64,000 nucleotides of DNA from Gammaproteobacteria bacterium (GTDB taxonomy: Bacteria; Pseudomonadota; Gammaproteobacteria; Ga0077536), in assembly GCA_963662545.2 (NCBI GenBank), contig CAXXLL010000003.1:1952001-2016000 (forward strand), written 5' to 3'. The notes under the pieces are model-generated. The model ran no database searches. It saw only the letters and a list, made by a program, of their open reading frames with translations, and had not been told where the DNA came from. The position numbers were made by a program, and so were the translations under genes. Below, piece by piece: positions 8,834-19,319 of this stretch. The first letter of the stretch is position 1. Every line of letters starts with the position of its first letter.

Positions 8834-10072
8834 ATGAAACAAGACACCCAGATCCGCATCCTGAAACAGCTGCTCAACTACGTTGAGACGAAGGCCAACC
8901 ACGACGCGGGCTGCCAGGTCCTGAACCCGGTATCGACGTACACCTCGTCCGAACTCGCAGGTCGCGAGTGGCAGGTCTTTTTCCGCGAGCACCCGCAGAT
9001 CGTGGGATTCTCAGGCGACCTTCGCGAGCCCGGCAGCTATTTCGCCCTCAATGATTTCGGCGTGCCGGTACTCGCAATGCGCGGCTCTGACGGGACTTTT
9101 CGCGCATTCGTCAACGCCTGCCGGCATCGCGGTTCGCAGCTCGCCGCTCCGGGGCGTGGGACCACGCGGCGCTTCGTGTGCCCCTTTCACGGCTGGACCT
9201 ACACGACGAACGGTGAACTCGCCGGCGTAAGCGAAGCGGACCAGTTCGGCCCTGTTGACCGAGACTGTATGGGCTTGGTCGAGCTGCCGGCGGTTGAGCG
9301 ATACGGTTTCCTCTGGGTGCACCCGCAGCGGAACGGGCGCATTGACATCCCTGAACTCCTTGGCGGACTCGCCGAAGAGTTCGAAAGCTGGAATGTCGGT
9401 CGCCATGTATTCAGCGGCGAGTGCCGGCTCGACAAGCGCATGAATTGGAAGCTTGCGAACGACACCTTTGGCGAAACCTACCATTTCAACCGGCTACACC
9501 GCGATACACTGGGCCGGCTCTCGCACGGCGATGTGATCGTCTACGAAACCTTTGGTCGTAATCACCGTGCGGTGTTTCCGTCGAAGTCGATCGAGAACCT
9601 GCATAACAAAGCCGAAGAGCGATGGCGCATCGGCGGTGCGGCGACGGTGCTTTATTACGTGTTCCCCAACATCGAGATCACGATCTCCGACCGGCAGGTG
9701 ACGCTGTTTCGAATCTACCCGGACGGCGAAAATCCGGGCCGTTCCGTGACGCATATGAGCCATTACTTCAGCGAGGACGCGTTGGACCTCATCGCCGCTG
9801 GGGAGAAGACGGTCATCGATGAGCGTAACGTCTACGACTCAGCCGCGCGCGACGGCAATGCGATCATATCGCCGCAGGCGGCGATGGAGATCCTGAATAC
9901 CACGGTCGAGCACGAGGACTTTCGCATGGGCGAGGCCGCGCAGCGTACGGCCGAGAGTGGACTCCTCGAGCATTTCATCTTTGGACGCAATGAGGCGCCG
10001 CTACACCATTTCCACGACACTTTCCGCGCCGCCCTCGACATGCCGCCCCTCGAACGCCTCAACGTGGCCTAA
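8834..10072 (+). CDS. Rieske non-heme iron oxygenase alpha subunit
   Basis: CRH...CPFH Rieske ligands; NWK..ETYH....H mononuclear iron site; ED motif near the C-terminus. Confidence 0.92.
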   Translation: MKQDTQIRILKQLLNYVETKANHDAGCQVLNPVSTYTSSELAGREWQVFFREHPQIVGFSGDLREPGSYFALNDFGVPVLAMRGSDGTFRAFVNACRHRGSQLAAPGRGTTRRFVCPFHGWTYTTNGELAGVSEADQFGPVDRDCMGLVELPAVERYGFLWVHPQRNGRIDIPELLGGLAEEFESWNVGRHVFSGECRLDKRMNWKLANDTFGETYHFNRLHRDTLGRLSHGDVIVYETFGRNHRAVFPSKSIENLHNKAEERWRIGGAATVLYYVFPNIEITISDRQVTLFRIYPDGENPGRSVTHMSHYFSEDALDLIAAGEKTVIDERNVYDSAARDGNAIISPQAAMEILNTTVEHEDFRMGEAAQRTAESGLLEHFIFGRNEAPLHHFHDTFRAALDMPPLERLNVA

Positions 10073-10154
10073 GACTGAACACTGTGTGAGGGCCGAAGCG
10101 TTCTGACGATGAGTCGCGCCGTGATAGGCATCCGCGCATTAGGGGGACACCTAA

Positions 10155-10315
10155 CAGGTTGTTGAAAAACGATGTCCCTGTCGTTTTTCAACTCGCAAGA
10201 CGAAAACGCGGTTTCCGTCTTGCTCCATCAATCAAGCACATAGCGTGCTCGATTGATGCCGGCACATCCCTGTGCCGGGCACAGGCTGTCGAAAAACGAG
10301 TTTTTCAACAACCTG
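10155..10315. mobile_element. MITE family 1 (161 bp)
   Basis: Perfect 16-bp TIR CAGGTTGTTGAAAAAC / GTTTTTCAACAACCTG, flanked by CTAA direct repeats at 10151-10154 and 10316-10319; internal hairpins. Confidence 0.8.
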
Positions 10316-10351
10316 CTAATTATTCGCTTACGCAGAATCCTTCGCCGTTAT

Positions 10352-10771
10352 TTAATCGGGGTCAACCGGAATGTCGAGCGTCAGCATGTTGTTGAAATAG
10401 GTCCCTTCGTCCGTCACAAAGGCACCCCATTGCCCTACCCGGTCTTTCCAGATGAACCAGCCGCAGTAAGGTGGCGCGGTTTTGGCATAAGTATCCCAAG
10501 TGATCTCCACAGCGCCGAGTTCGATGGTTCGCCCGTCGTCCGCGAAAATCTTGATGTCGATGGTTTCTCGACCGGCGTGGGGCCAACCGTCCACGATGGT
10601 CGTACAAACTCCGTCGACAGCTACTTCGACCCGGCCCGTGAATTCACCACTGCAGGATCCCGTGAGATCCATATGAAAACTATTGTCGGCGTTTAGACCC
10701 CCGGGGTTTGGACCGACTTCCGCCGCCCCACCCCACACCAAGTGAACCAAGGCCGATCTTTTCTTCGCCAT
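10352..10771 (-). CDS. Hypothetical protein, 139 aa
   Basis: ATG preceded by GGAGAAGGA; beta-rich composition; no family recognised. Confidence 0.6.
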   Translation of the reverse strand: MAKKRSALVHLVWGGAAEVGPNPGGLNADNSFHMDLTGSCSGEFTGRVEVAVDGVCTTIVDGWPHAGRETIDIKIFADDGRTIELGAVEITWDTYAKTAPPYCGWFIWKDRVGQWGAFVTDEGTYFNNMLTLDIPVDPD

Positions 10772-10820
10772 GTCCTTCTCCCTTACGTTTGCCCCCTGAA
10801 TTCGAGGTGCTGTGACCTAA

Positions 10821-10982
10821 GGAACCTCTGAATAAGTCATGGCACATCTGCCTTGCCCATGAAATCGCGCAGCTCGGCGTTACGAATCTTGCCAATAGTC
10901 CCCGCTATGGACTGCGATTCGTGCCTTGATCTGCACAATTTCATGAACAATTCAGACGCACCATGACTTATTCAGAGGTTCC
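10821..10982. mobile_element. MITE family 2, copy 1 (162 bp)
   Basis: 22-bp TIR GGAACCTCTGAATAAGTCATGG / CCATGACTTATTCAGAGGTTCC; homologous copy at 35632-35793. Confidence 0.85.
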
Positions 10983-10992
10983 ATAAAGCGCG

Positions 10993-11388
10993 CTACCCGA
11001 ACACGGCCGTAACGAGTTCCGTGTCGAGGTATTCCCGCATTTCCCGAATCTTGCCGTCCTTCACCGTCAGGATGATGCAGTAAGTATTGTTGTAGTCCTT
11101 GCCCGCAGTACTCTTAGAAGTGCCCTGCATCTCGGCGACGACCTTGTCCCCTTCGGCGATGAGTTGCTTGATCTCGAGTTGAATCAGTCCAGTCAGCTCG
11201 TTCCCAAGCGGCTCCAGCAATTTTTTCCTGATGTCGTCCTTGCCCTTCAGTGTCCCTGCAAAACGGCGAGAGCCGATGAAATACCACTCGACGTCGTCCG
11301 CCATGTGGTTCATGAACCCTTCCGCGTCGCCGGCGCTAATGGCGGCGTAGAGTCCACGCACGACTTGTTTGTTCGCTTCTGTACTCAT
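10993..11388 (-). CDS. SnoaL/NTF2-like (ketosteroid isomerase-like) protein
   Basis: NKQVVR..Y, DDVEW, AEGDKVV, YNNTY, KDGKI..MREYLDT. Confidence 0.88.
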   Translation of the reverse strand: MSTEANKQVVRGLYAAISAGDAEGFMNHMADDVEWYFIGSRRFAGTLKGKDDIRKKLLEPLGNELTGLIQLEIKQLIAEGDKVVAEMQGTSKSTAGKDYNNTYCIILTVKDGKIREMREYLDTELVTAVFG

Positions 11389-11580
11389 TGGCTAATCCTC
11401 CGGTTGGGAATCGCGGGATCCGCAGTTTAACCGGAGTGGCACTTCGCGAAACACCCATTTCGTGCGCCCGTTTAGTCGAAAGGAAAAACGATGGTGATCA
11501 CGCCCATAGATAGTGGAATGAGAAAGTGGGAACGAAGCAGGGTTGATCGGTTTTATATAGGGCGCCGTACCGCCAACACC

Positions 11581-12675
11581 TTAATGCATCAGCTGGTGCG
11601 CGATGAGCTCCGTGGCGACGATAGCGAGTCCGGTAAAAGCTAGAAAGACGCCCGTTCGATTGCGCCGGCGTTCAAATTTTGTCGGTTCCGTGATGAGGCC
11701 CGACGGCTCCGCGTGCCGCGCAAAAGGGTGCTGCCAGGGCACGATGTAAAGGATGGCGATGGCCCCAAGCGTCGCGACCGTGAGCAGGGGTATCCGCAAG
11801 ATGGATTGATCCAGAAACATCCCGATTGCACCCATCCCGATCGAACCCAGTCCCAGCGCAATACCCGCCGCGTTGAGCGCGATGAAGCCCGCGCATGGCG
11901 CGCTCAGCACGGCTGCCAACGTTGTGGCGATGCGCAGTTTTTGCGTGCTGCCTTCCCCGCTCTCGGCGTCGTCTTCCTGCCATGCCCCTTCGAGGCGCGC
12001 GACCGTCACCGGCTCGACAAATCCCTTGAGCGTGATGGTCTCGACGTCCGCATCGGGAAATTGCTCGGCAACCGCCGCGTAAATATCGTTGTCGACGAGC
12101 ATTCCTCGGGGCGAGACGCGTGACACCAGCCGCGCCGCGCGATTGACGACATCGCCGATGGCGGAGTAGTGCGCGATCTCTTCCGAACCCACGCGGCCAA
12201 CGCGCGCATGGCCCGCCGCAATACCGACTGTTACATCCATGGGTTGGCCCAGTTCGGCGCCGAGTTTGTCTACCGCCTGCTGGAGTTCCAGCCCCGCCCT
12301 GACTGCCAGTGCGGCGAAGTTATCGCGCCGCAGCGGGACGTTGAAAAAAGCCATCACTTCATCACCGACAAACTGGGTAACAAAGCCGTCCCATTTGACG
12401 ATCACGTCCTTGGCGGTGCGCAAATACGCGTCGAGCACTTCGTGCATGCGGTCCGGTCCAAGCGTCTGGGTGAGGTTCGTGTAGCCGGTAAGATCGGCGA
12501 AAAAGACGCCCAGCTCTACGATTCGGCCCTCTTCCACGTGGCCGTTACAGCGGTTACACAGGTTTGGATTCCCGTGGCTGCGACGGACGCCGCCCATTCG
12601 CGAGAACAGGCCAAGCACCCCCGCAAGCGCGGTATTGCACACCAGGCAAGTGGAACTCAGGTCCATGTCGTTCAT
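11581..12675 (-). CDS. Class III nucleotidyl (adenylate/guanylate) cyclase with N-terminal Cys4 motif and C-terminal membrane domain
   Basis: FADLTGYT, FVGDE, GIAAG, IGDVVNRAARL, LKG; CLVC...CNRC; about 3 TM helices at the C-terminus. Confidence 0.85.
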   Translation of the reverse strand: MNDMDLSSTCLVCNTALAGVLGLFSRMGGVRRSHGNPNLCNRCNGHVEEGRIVELGVFFADLTGYTNLTQTLGPDRMHEVLDAYLRTAKDVIVKWDGFVTQFVGDEVMAFFNVPLRRDNFAALAVRAGLELQQAVDKLGAELGQPMDVTVGIAAGHARVGRVGSEEIAHYSAIGDVVNRAARLVSRVSPRGMLVDNDIYAAVAEQFPDADVETITLKGFVEPVTVARLEGAWQEDDAESGEGSTQKLRIATTLAAVLSAPCAGFIALNAAGIALGLGSIGMGAIGMFLDQSILRIPLLTVATLGAIAILYIVPWQHPFARHAEPSGLITEPTKFERRRNRTGVFLAFTGLAIVATELIAHQLMH

Positions 12676-12955
12676 CGCGATTCGCTCTGTGTTCCGCCTC
12701 GCGTTTCGGTCCGGGCCTGAACGTCGGGAACTGCTTCACAAGAATCTGGCAGTCCTAATGCTTGTAGGCCCTCGTGCTGTGTTCGACGGATAAGTTGTGC
12801 AATAGTTCGATAATCGCTAGCTACGGGGACGTCCGGCGCCGCTGGCGATATATCGATTGCAACTTAAATTAAAAAATGAAGAATTGAATTGTAGTGCGTT
12901 TGAAGCGGTGCATATTTGCGCTTGTATAAAGTGAAGACTTGACCCCTTAAATTTC

Positions 12956-14299
12956 ATGATCGCGCTCCTCAAGCTATTCGCATTGGCATTTGTACTTTCG
13001 GGACTGCATTGGCACGATGAGGCCGGCCGCTGGGTTCGACGATTCTATTGGACTGCCGGTTTCGCGGCAGCGGCACTCGGTCTCGCCTATCTCGCGGCGC
13101 TGATCGCCGTGCGGACACAAACGGATTCGGAATGGGATTTCCTCAACTATTGGCTCGTGGGACGCATCGCGGCCGAGGGGCTGCCGCTCTACGAGGCCGC
13201 GTCGTATCTTCGGCAGAGTCTTCCATTTTTGCCGAGCGATGAATTCTTTGCGGAGGTGATGCTCATCGGCACGCTTTACACGCCGCCAGCGGTCCTGCTG
13301 TTCCTGCCCTTGGGGTATTTCGAGTACCGCGAGGCGTACGTCCTATGGTCCATCATTCAGGCTGTCGTGCTGGTACTCGCCGCAGTGCTGATGAAGCGCG
13401 AATTTTTTAGCGCCGGTTCGGGTCGACAGCACGTCTCCGCGTGGCTCGTCGTGGTCTGCCTCGTCGCCTTTTATCCCCCCGTTAGGTGGACGTTTTATAA
13501 CGCGCAGGTCAATTTCATCATGGCACTGCTGTTCATGTTGGTCTGGCGCTCGCGCTTCAACGCTCTGGCGGGTGTCTGGATTGGCGTCGGTATGTGTATC
13601 AAACCGTATTTCGGAATCCTGGTCTTGTGGCTCCTGCTGCGGCGCCGAATTGGCACCGTGGTGCTGGTAGTACTCACGGTCGCGCTGGCCTTCGCAAGCG
13701 CTGCACTCGTCTTCGGAGCCAGCGATGTGGCGACTTATTTTCTGGACAATCCGATTGCCAAGGCACCCGCTCATTTGTACACCCAAGACGTTAACCAGTC
13801 GGCGCTGGCCGTCCTGCGGCGCGCCACCGGTGCAGAACAATGGCCCGGATCTCCACTCATGCACGGCCCTTACATCGCGTTCGCATTTCTTCTCACCTCG
13901 ATGACCGCATGGTCTGTCCTGCGCTGCGACGACGACCGCTGGTCCCTTATTGCCTGCGTTTCTCTGGGTTTGCTGCTGGCGCCGCAGTCGCTGCATCATT
14001 ACAGTGCCGTGTTGTTGCCGGCGGTGACGTTCTTTGCGTTTTACAGGGGATTCAAATGGCTCGGTATGATTGCCATCGTTTCGTTGTTCGCCGTGGGCTC
14101 TAACGAGGGCGCTGCCTTCTGGCTCAATCTCTGCGTTTGGATGATTGCAGCGTCCTATCCGTGGTGGGGAAAGGCGTTCGCAGACGCGCAAGCAGTGACA
14201 CAAATAACATCGGTAGCAGAGCTTGGCACCCAGCCCACAAGTAAAACAGTGTCAAAAAGTGGGCCTGGCGCAACCGATCCAGTCAAGGATCAGGTATAA
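12956..14299 (+). CDS. GT-C membrane glycosyltransferase (GT87/DUF2029-like)
   Basis: DF..YW, YTPP, QVN, IKP, NQS, HHY motifs; polytopic membrane protein. Confidence 0.8.
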   Translation: MIALLKLFALAFVLSGLHWHDEAGRWVRRFYWTAGFAAAALGLAYLAALIAVRTQTDSEWDFLNYWLVGRIAAEGLPLYEAASYLRQSLPFLPSDEFFAEVMLIGTLYTPPAVLLFLPLGYFEYREAYVLWSIIQAVVLVLAAVLMKREFFSAGSGRQHVSAWLVVVCLVAFYPPVRWTFYNAQVNFIMALLFMLVWRSRFNALAGVWIGVGMCIKPYFGILVLWLLLRRRIGTVVLVVLTVALAFASAALVFGASDVATYFLDNPIAKAPAHLYTQDVNQSALAVLRRATGAEQWPGSPLMHGPYIAFAFLLTSMTAWSVLRCDDDRWSLIACVSLGLLLAPQSLHHYSAVLLPAVTFFAFYRGFKWLGMIAIVSLFAVGSNEGAAFWLNLCVWMIAASYPWWGKAFADAQAVTQITSVAELGTQPTSKTVSKSGPGATDPVKDQV

Positions 14300-14340
14300 A
14301 GCACCGCTATCGGCATCGCCTTCAGAGCCCATGCACTACC

Positions 14341-15525
14341 ATGAAAATCAATGATCGAATCGGCGCCGCGGCGCTCGCGCAACTAAAGGCCAAGGCTGCA
14401 AAACAGCGGGACGCGGCGTTGGCCGCGCTTGAAGGTAAACGAATCCTCGCGATCGGCTGTGGAGGTTTCGTGGGTAGTCACTTATTGGACGCGCTCCTGG
14501 GGCGGGCCGGAATAGAGGTGGAGGGCTGGGATCCCGACGCGAGTAAAATCGAGCTTCACAAAGGCCGGCCAAACTTCAACTTTGTAGGCCACGGAACCGA
14601 CGCTGCGGCGTCGCTGGTATCACTGGACGAGGCAGTGAAGCACGCCGACATTGTCGTAAATCTGGCGGCGTTGTGTAATCCCTCCGAAAACAACACGCGC
14701 CCGCTGACCACCATCCACGCCAATTTCATCGACTGCCTGCCCATCGTCGATGCTTGCGCACGGCATGGGCGCTGGCTGATACATTTCTCAACGAGTGAAG
14801 TCTACGGGCGGACGCTTGCCAGCTACATGGCAGACAATCGCTATGCGGAAATCGATCTGTACGAACAGCGTGAGGCGACGACTCCACTGGTGATGGGTCC
14901 TGTTACGAATCAGCGCTGGACCTACGCCTCGTCGAAACAGTTACTCGAACGACTGATTTACGCACACCATGAGGAATCGGGAATGCCTTTTACGGTCATT
15001 CGCCCGTTTAATTTTTTCGGCCCGAAAATGGACTACATTCCGGGGCGGGACGGTGAAGGCGTGCCGCGCGTGCTCGCGTGTTTCATGGCCGCCTTGCTCG
15101 ACGGTGCCCCGATGCAACTGGTCGACGGCGGGCATGCGCAGCGCACCATCGTGTCGATCGACGACGCCATGCGCGCCATCCTGCAGATCCTCGCGGGACC
15201 CGATCGCTCGCAGAATCAGTTCTTCAATATCGGCAACCCCGGTAACGAGTTGACCATGCGTGAGCTGGCCGAATTGATGCGCACATCCTATGCCGAGCTC
15301 ACCGGATTAACGGCCGCGTTCGACCACCCCATCGTCGACATCTCAGCACGTGATTTCTACGGTGCAGGCTACGAGGATTGTGACCGTCGTATGCCGGATA
15401 TCGAAAATGCACGCCGATTGCTCGAGTGGGAGCCGCTCGACGATGCCAGAACCACGCTTATAGCGGCAATGTCGTACTACGTTGACCGATTCGCCGAGAA
15501 CAACGCACGGGCGAAGGCGCGCTGA
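14341..15525 (+). CDS. UDP-glucuronate decarboxylase, UDP-apiose/UDP-xylose synthase-like (extended SDR)
   Basis: GCGGFVG, NLAALCNP..NTRPL, HFSTSEVYG, RWTYASSKQ, GPKMDYIPGRDGEGVPRVLACF, FYGAGYEDCDRRMPD. Confidence 0.8.
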   Translation: MKINDRIGAAALAQLKAKAAKQRDAALAALEGKRILAIGCGGFVGSHLLDALLGRAGIEVEGWDPDASKIELHKGRPNFNFVGHGTDAAASLVSLDEAVKHADIVVNLAALCNPSENNTRPLTTIHANFIDCLPIVDACARHGRWLIHFSTSEVYGRTLASYMADNRYAEIDLYEQREATTPLVMGPVTNQRWTYASSKQLLERLIYAHHEESGMPFTVIRPFNFFGPKMDYIPGRDGEGVPRVLACFMAALLDGAPMQLVDGGHAQRTIVSIDDAMRAILQILAGPDRSQNQFFNIGNPGNELTMRELAELMRTSYAELTGLTAAFDHPIVDISARDFYGAGYEDCDRRMPDIENARRLLEWEPLDDARTTLIAAMSYYVDRFAENNARAKAR

Positions 15526-15675
15526 CGCGAGGTTGCTCGCACCACCTACGCCAGTTACGCCGTACGTCGTTATTGCGCTGCTCGATGTGCCTGGGCGCTG
15601 ATTTCGATCCAGCTCGCCGCGCGATCGCGCAGCAGTGCTTAAGCCGCCGCTGAGCGGACTTCGAGGATCAATTCA

Positions 15676-16398
15676 ATGCCTGTCAGGTTCGGCATCTACA
15701 TCCCGGCGTTCAACGCGGCGCATACGCTCCCAGGCGTCATCGAGCGGATTCCCGCGTCCGCTTGGGCGTTGTGTGATGACGTGGTTATCGTCGATGACGG
15801 CAGCGCCGATCGGACCGCGGCGGTTATCGACGAACTTGCCAGTTGCCACCCCGCCATCCGCCGGATCAGCCTCAGCCATAATCAGGGTTACGGTGCCGCT
15901 GTACGCACAGGCCTGACCGCGCTCACCGATTCACCCGCGGACTATTTCGCCTGCCTGCATGCGGACGGCCAGTACCCACCTGAGATGCTCGAAACGTTCG
16001 TGCGCCATGCGGCGAGGGAGCAACTCGATATTCTGCAAGGTTCGCGACATCTGGACGGTACCGCGCGCGAAGGCGGCATGCCACTGTATAAACTGCTTGC
16101 AGGTCGCGCGCTGTGCGCGATCGAAAACGCGGCTTTCGGCTTGACGCTGACCGATTATCATTCGGGTTATCTCGTATTGAGCCGGCGGGTCATCGAGCGC
16201 GTCGACATCGATCAGTTGAGCGGCTATTTTGATTTCGATTTGGAACTCATCGCGGCGGCCAGACAGCGTGGACTTCGTATCGGAGAATTGGGGATCCCAA
16301 CGCACTATGGCAGCGAAGTGTCTTACCTCAATCCCGCGATCTACGGTGCACGGGTTCTCGTGATCGTGGGCAAGTACCTGCTTGGTGCGTATCGATGA
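15676..16398 (+). CDS. GT2 glycosyltransferase, polyprenol-phosphate sugar synthase (DPM1-like)
   Basis: IPAFN, VDDGSAD, NQGYG, HADGQY, GSR, TDYHSGY, FDLE. Confidence 0.88.
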   Translation: MPVRFGIYIPAFNAAHTLPGVIERIPASAWALCDDVVIVDDGSADRTAAVIDELASCHPAIRRISLSHNQGYGAAVRTGLTALTDSPADYFACLHADGQYPPEMLETFVRHAAREQLDILQGSRHLDGTAREGGMPLYKLLAGRALCAIENAAFGLTLTDYHSGYLVLSRRVIERVDIDQLSGYFDFDLELIAAARQRGLRIGELGIPTHYGSEVSYLNPAIYGARVLVIVGKYLLGAYR

Positions 16399-16510
16399 AC
16401 CAGCATCGTCGATAACTCGTCCCCGGCCCGAAATCGGATACCTGCGACTTAAGGACCACCGCAGCCTTTATCGTGCCCCTTTGGAACGATCACGGAAAGG
16501 CACACTTCGA

Positions 16511-19085
16511 TCATCCGTGTGATTCTGCGAACGCATCGTAAAAACGGTTGAAAGCATTGACCGTGCCGCAAACGTAGAGGGCATCCGTCTCGGCGAAAAC
16601 GAACGATGGCGGGATGTCCATAATGACCTCTCCGCCGCGTTCGACCGCGACGACCGTGCACCCGGTGCGTTCGCGAATTCTGGATTCCAGCGGGTGATGG
16701 CCGGCCAGCCGACCGGCACCGAGCTTGACGAGCTTGATGCGGGCCTGCTGCGAGACCATCTCACCCAGGACGTGATGGGCGAGGAGCTGGCCGGCTACCT
16801 GACTCACCGAGAGCGCGAAGTCGGCGCCCGCCTTCTGAATGCGCCCCACATTGTCTGCCAGGGCGGCACAGGCGATGATGGGCACATCGGGGGCGTAATC
16901 GCGAACCACCGTTGAGGCAAGCAGCGTCGCGCTGTCGCTTGCGCACGCGAGAATGACGACGCGAGCCGTGGCCACTCCGGCCCTCTCCAGAACGCCCGCG
17001 TCCAGGACGTCTCCGAGAACCTCGACGCCAGGCTGGTCGGTATCGTCGATGACGCACACTATCTTCACCGGCGTCTTTTAACATCTCGACCAGTTTGCTC
17101 CCGACATCTCCGAAGCCTGCCACCACGATCCTGCCTGCGTGTGTGATCGGGCGGGCAATCTCGCTGAGACGTTTGATGCTGTCGGGACTGCCGGCGGCCA
17201 CCAGAATCATCCCGGGCCGTAGAAGCTGATCACCCGCTGGCGGCGAATCGAGCGCGTCATCGACCCATTGGCCGACAATGTGCGCTCCGGTGTCGGCATG
17301 GATCCCCGATTCCGCGAGGGTCTTGTTGGCGAGCGGGCTGTCGTCGTGGACGCGGATCTCGGCGACCTCGAGCAGGTGCTTGAGCGGCTCCACACCTGTG
17401 ATCCTTGGCCCGATCTTGGCGCTGGCGCGCACGGCAACAGCGACTGCCAGTACGTGATTTGGAGTGAACGCCGCCGTTGCGCCGGCGAGTTGCATCGGCC
17501 CGCGGCGATTGGGATTGTCAACCAGCGCGACGATGGGACCGCTAAACCCAAGCTCTCGCGCACTTACCGCGAGCAAGGCATTGTGTTCGTCCTCGCCATT
17601 GGCCACCAGCGCTCGCGCTTTTGTCAGCGGCCGCAGATCGAGATCCTGCTCGGCAAACGAGGCATGCACGACCCGTACACCCCGGGCGTGCAAGCGTCGC
17701 GCCACGGTCTCGTCCTCTTCGATCACGATCATCGGCAATCCTCGGCTGTCGAGCTCTCTAATCAGGGAATCGACCTCGGGACCGTATCCGTAGATCACCA
17801 CCGCGTCGTCAACTTCGGGCAGTGTATGCAGGAGTTGCCCCTCGTAGCGTTCTTCCACGAGCGGGGAGCTGAAGGTTTCGATCTGGACGATGCCGCGGGT
17901 TGCATCTGCCTGCGGGGCCGCCTTGCCTTCGAGCAATACGGCGCAGCCTTTCAAAGCCATCGGTGTAAACAGATTCAGGAGGAAGGCTGTGAAGATCAGT
18001 GTCGTGAAAATGGCCTGGTCGATAGCGCCCTGAGCCAGCGCCAGCGCCAGCGAAGCCAGGATGAATGCAATTTCGGCGCGCCCGCACATGCCGACGCCAA
18101 CGGTGAGCGCCTCACGGGATGGTAGACCCATGCGCAAAGCCATACCGCCGGCGCTCAAAATCTGGCCGACGATCACCGCGATCGTCAGAAGCGCGATGAA
18201 TGCCGCGCCCGAAGCACTGATGTCGAAGCTGATAGAGAATCCCAGTGAAATGAAGAAAATCGGCCCGAGAAATGAATAAGCGATGCCATAAGCCCGGTCT
18301 TTGACGACCCTGACCAGGTTCGGGTGCGCGACCTTTTCTTCGAAGAAGAGGCCTGCCAGATAGGCACCGAGAATCATGTGCAACCCGATGGCTTCGGCGA
18401 ACAGTCCCAAGGCTATTGCCATGAGCAGCACGAAGGTAAAGCCTTTTCCGCCCTTGGAGCGGAACGGCAGAGTCAGCCGCGGATAGACGAATGTCCCCAG
18501 CAAGACCGCCACCGCGAGGAAGCCCACGACCTTGCCCAAAGTGACGACGATGCTGAGAGGCTCGAATGTGCCGCCCGACAGCACCCCGATCACGAGGCCG
18601 AAGAAGATCAAGGTCAGCAGGTCGTCGATGACGCAACTCGCGACGATCACGCGCGCCACCCGGGTGTTGGCTAGTTTGAGATCCGTGAGGCTCTTGAGCG
18701 TAATCACTACGGCAGTGGCCGTCATGGTCAGCCCGACAAAGGTCGCGCCGATGACGTCTAGGCCGAAGAATAAGGCGACTCCGAAGCTGACCGCGAACGG
18801 CACCGCGGCGCCGACGACCGCGACGCCCATCGAGCGCTTCAACGCGTCGTAGAACTCGAGCGGTTGGGTTTCGATGCCGGCGTGAAACATCAGGAAGAAA
18901 ATGCCGATCTCGGCCAACAGCTGGATCGACTCACCGGGTGCGATCAGTCCCAGCACAGCTGGACCCAGAAGTACGCCAACGATCAGCTCACCCATTACCG
19001 TCGGCAGGCCGAGCGGCCGCAAGGTGACGGCGACCAGCCAAATGCCCGCTAGGAGGAGCAGCAGATCGAAAGCGATTTCATGCAT
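16511..19085 (-). CDS. Cation:proton antiporter (CPA2) fused to tandem TrkA-N/TrkA-C (RCK) domains; apparent +1 frameshift near 17051
   Basis: GELIVGVLLGP, IDD, MCGRAE; GYG and GFG Rossmann motifs; ORF 16511..17068 continues the second RCK after GED. Confidence 0.8.
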
Positions 19086-19319
19086 GGTAAAGCGGGAGCG
19101 GAGATCTCAGGAGAGAGACTTCGATCTGAGCAAAAAGAAAGTCCAGACACGATCGTCCGGGAAGTACAAAGCTTACGGATCGGTCAAGTTCGAACGCCGG
19201 GTAACTTAGCTGGGCTCGGCTCGGTAAGCTTGCAGCCTGGTAAGCCGAGGTCGGTGACAATCGGGAATCATTGCTCTCGCCATCTCTCACTGACCCCAAT
19301 GAGGGGGGACAGTGCAGGT

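Noticed and set aside
10159-10696. ORFs 10159..10395 and 10253..10696
   Set aside because: They start inside the MITE and lie antisense to the better-supported 10352..10771 gene.
11581-12675. Pycsar defence system
   Set aside because: No adjacent cyclic-nucleotide-binding effector gene.
14341-16398. Canonical arn (L-Ara4N) operon
   Set aside because: No formyltransferase domain, arnB or arnD, and the GT-C looks GT87-like rather than ArnT.
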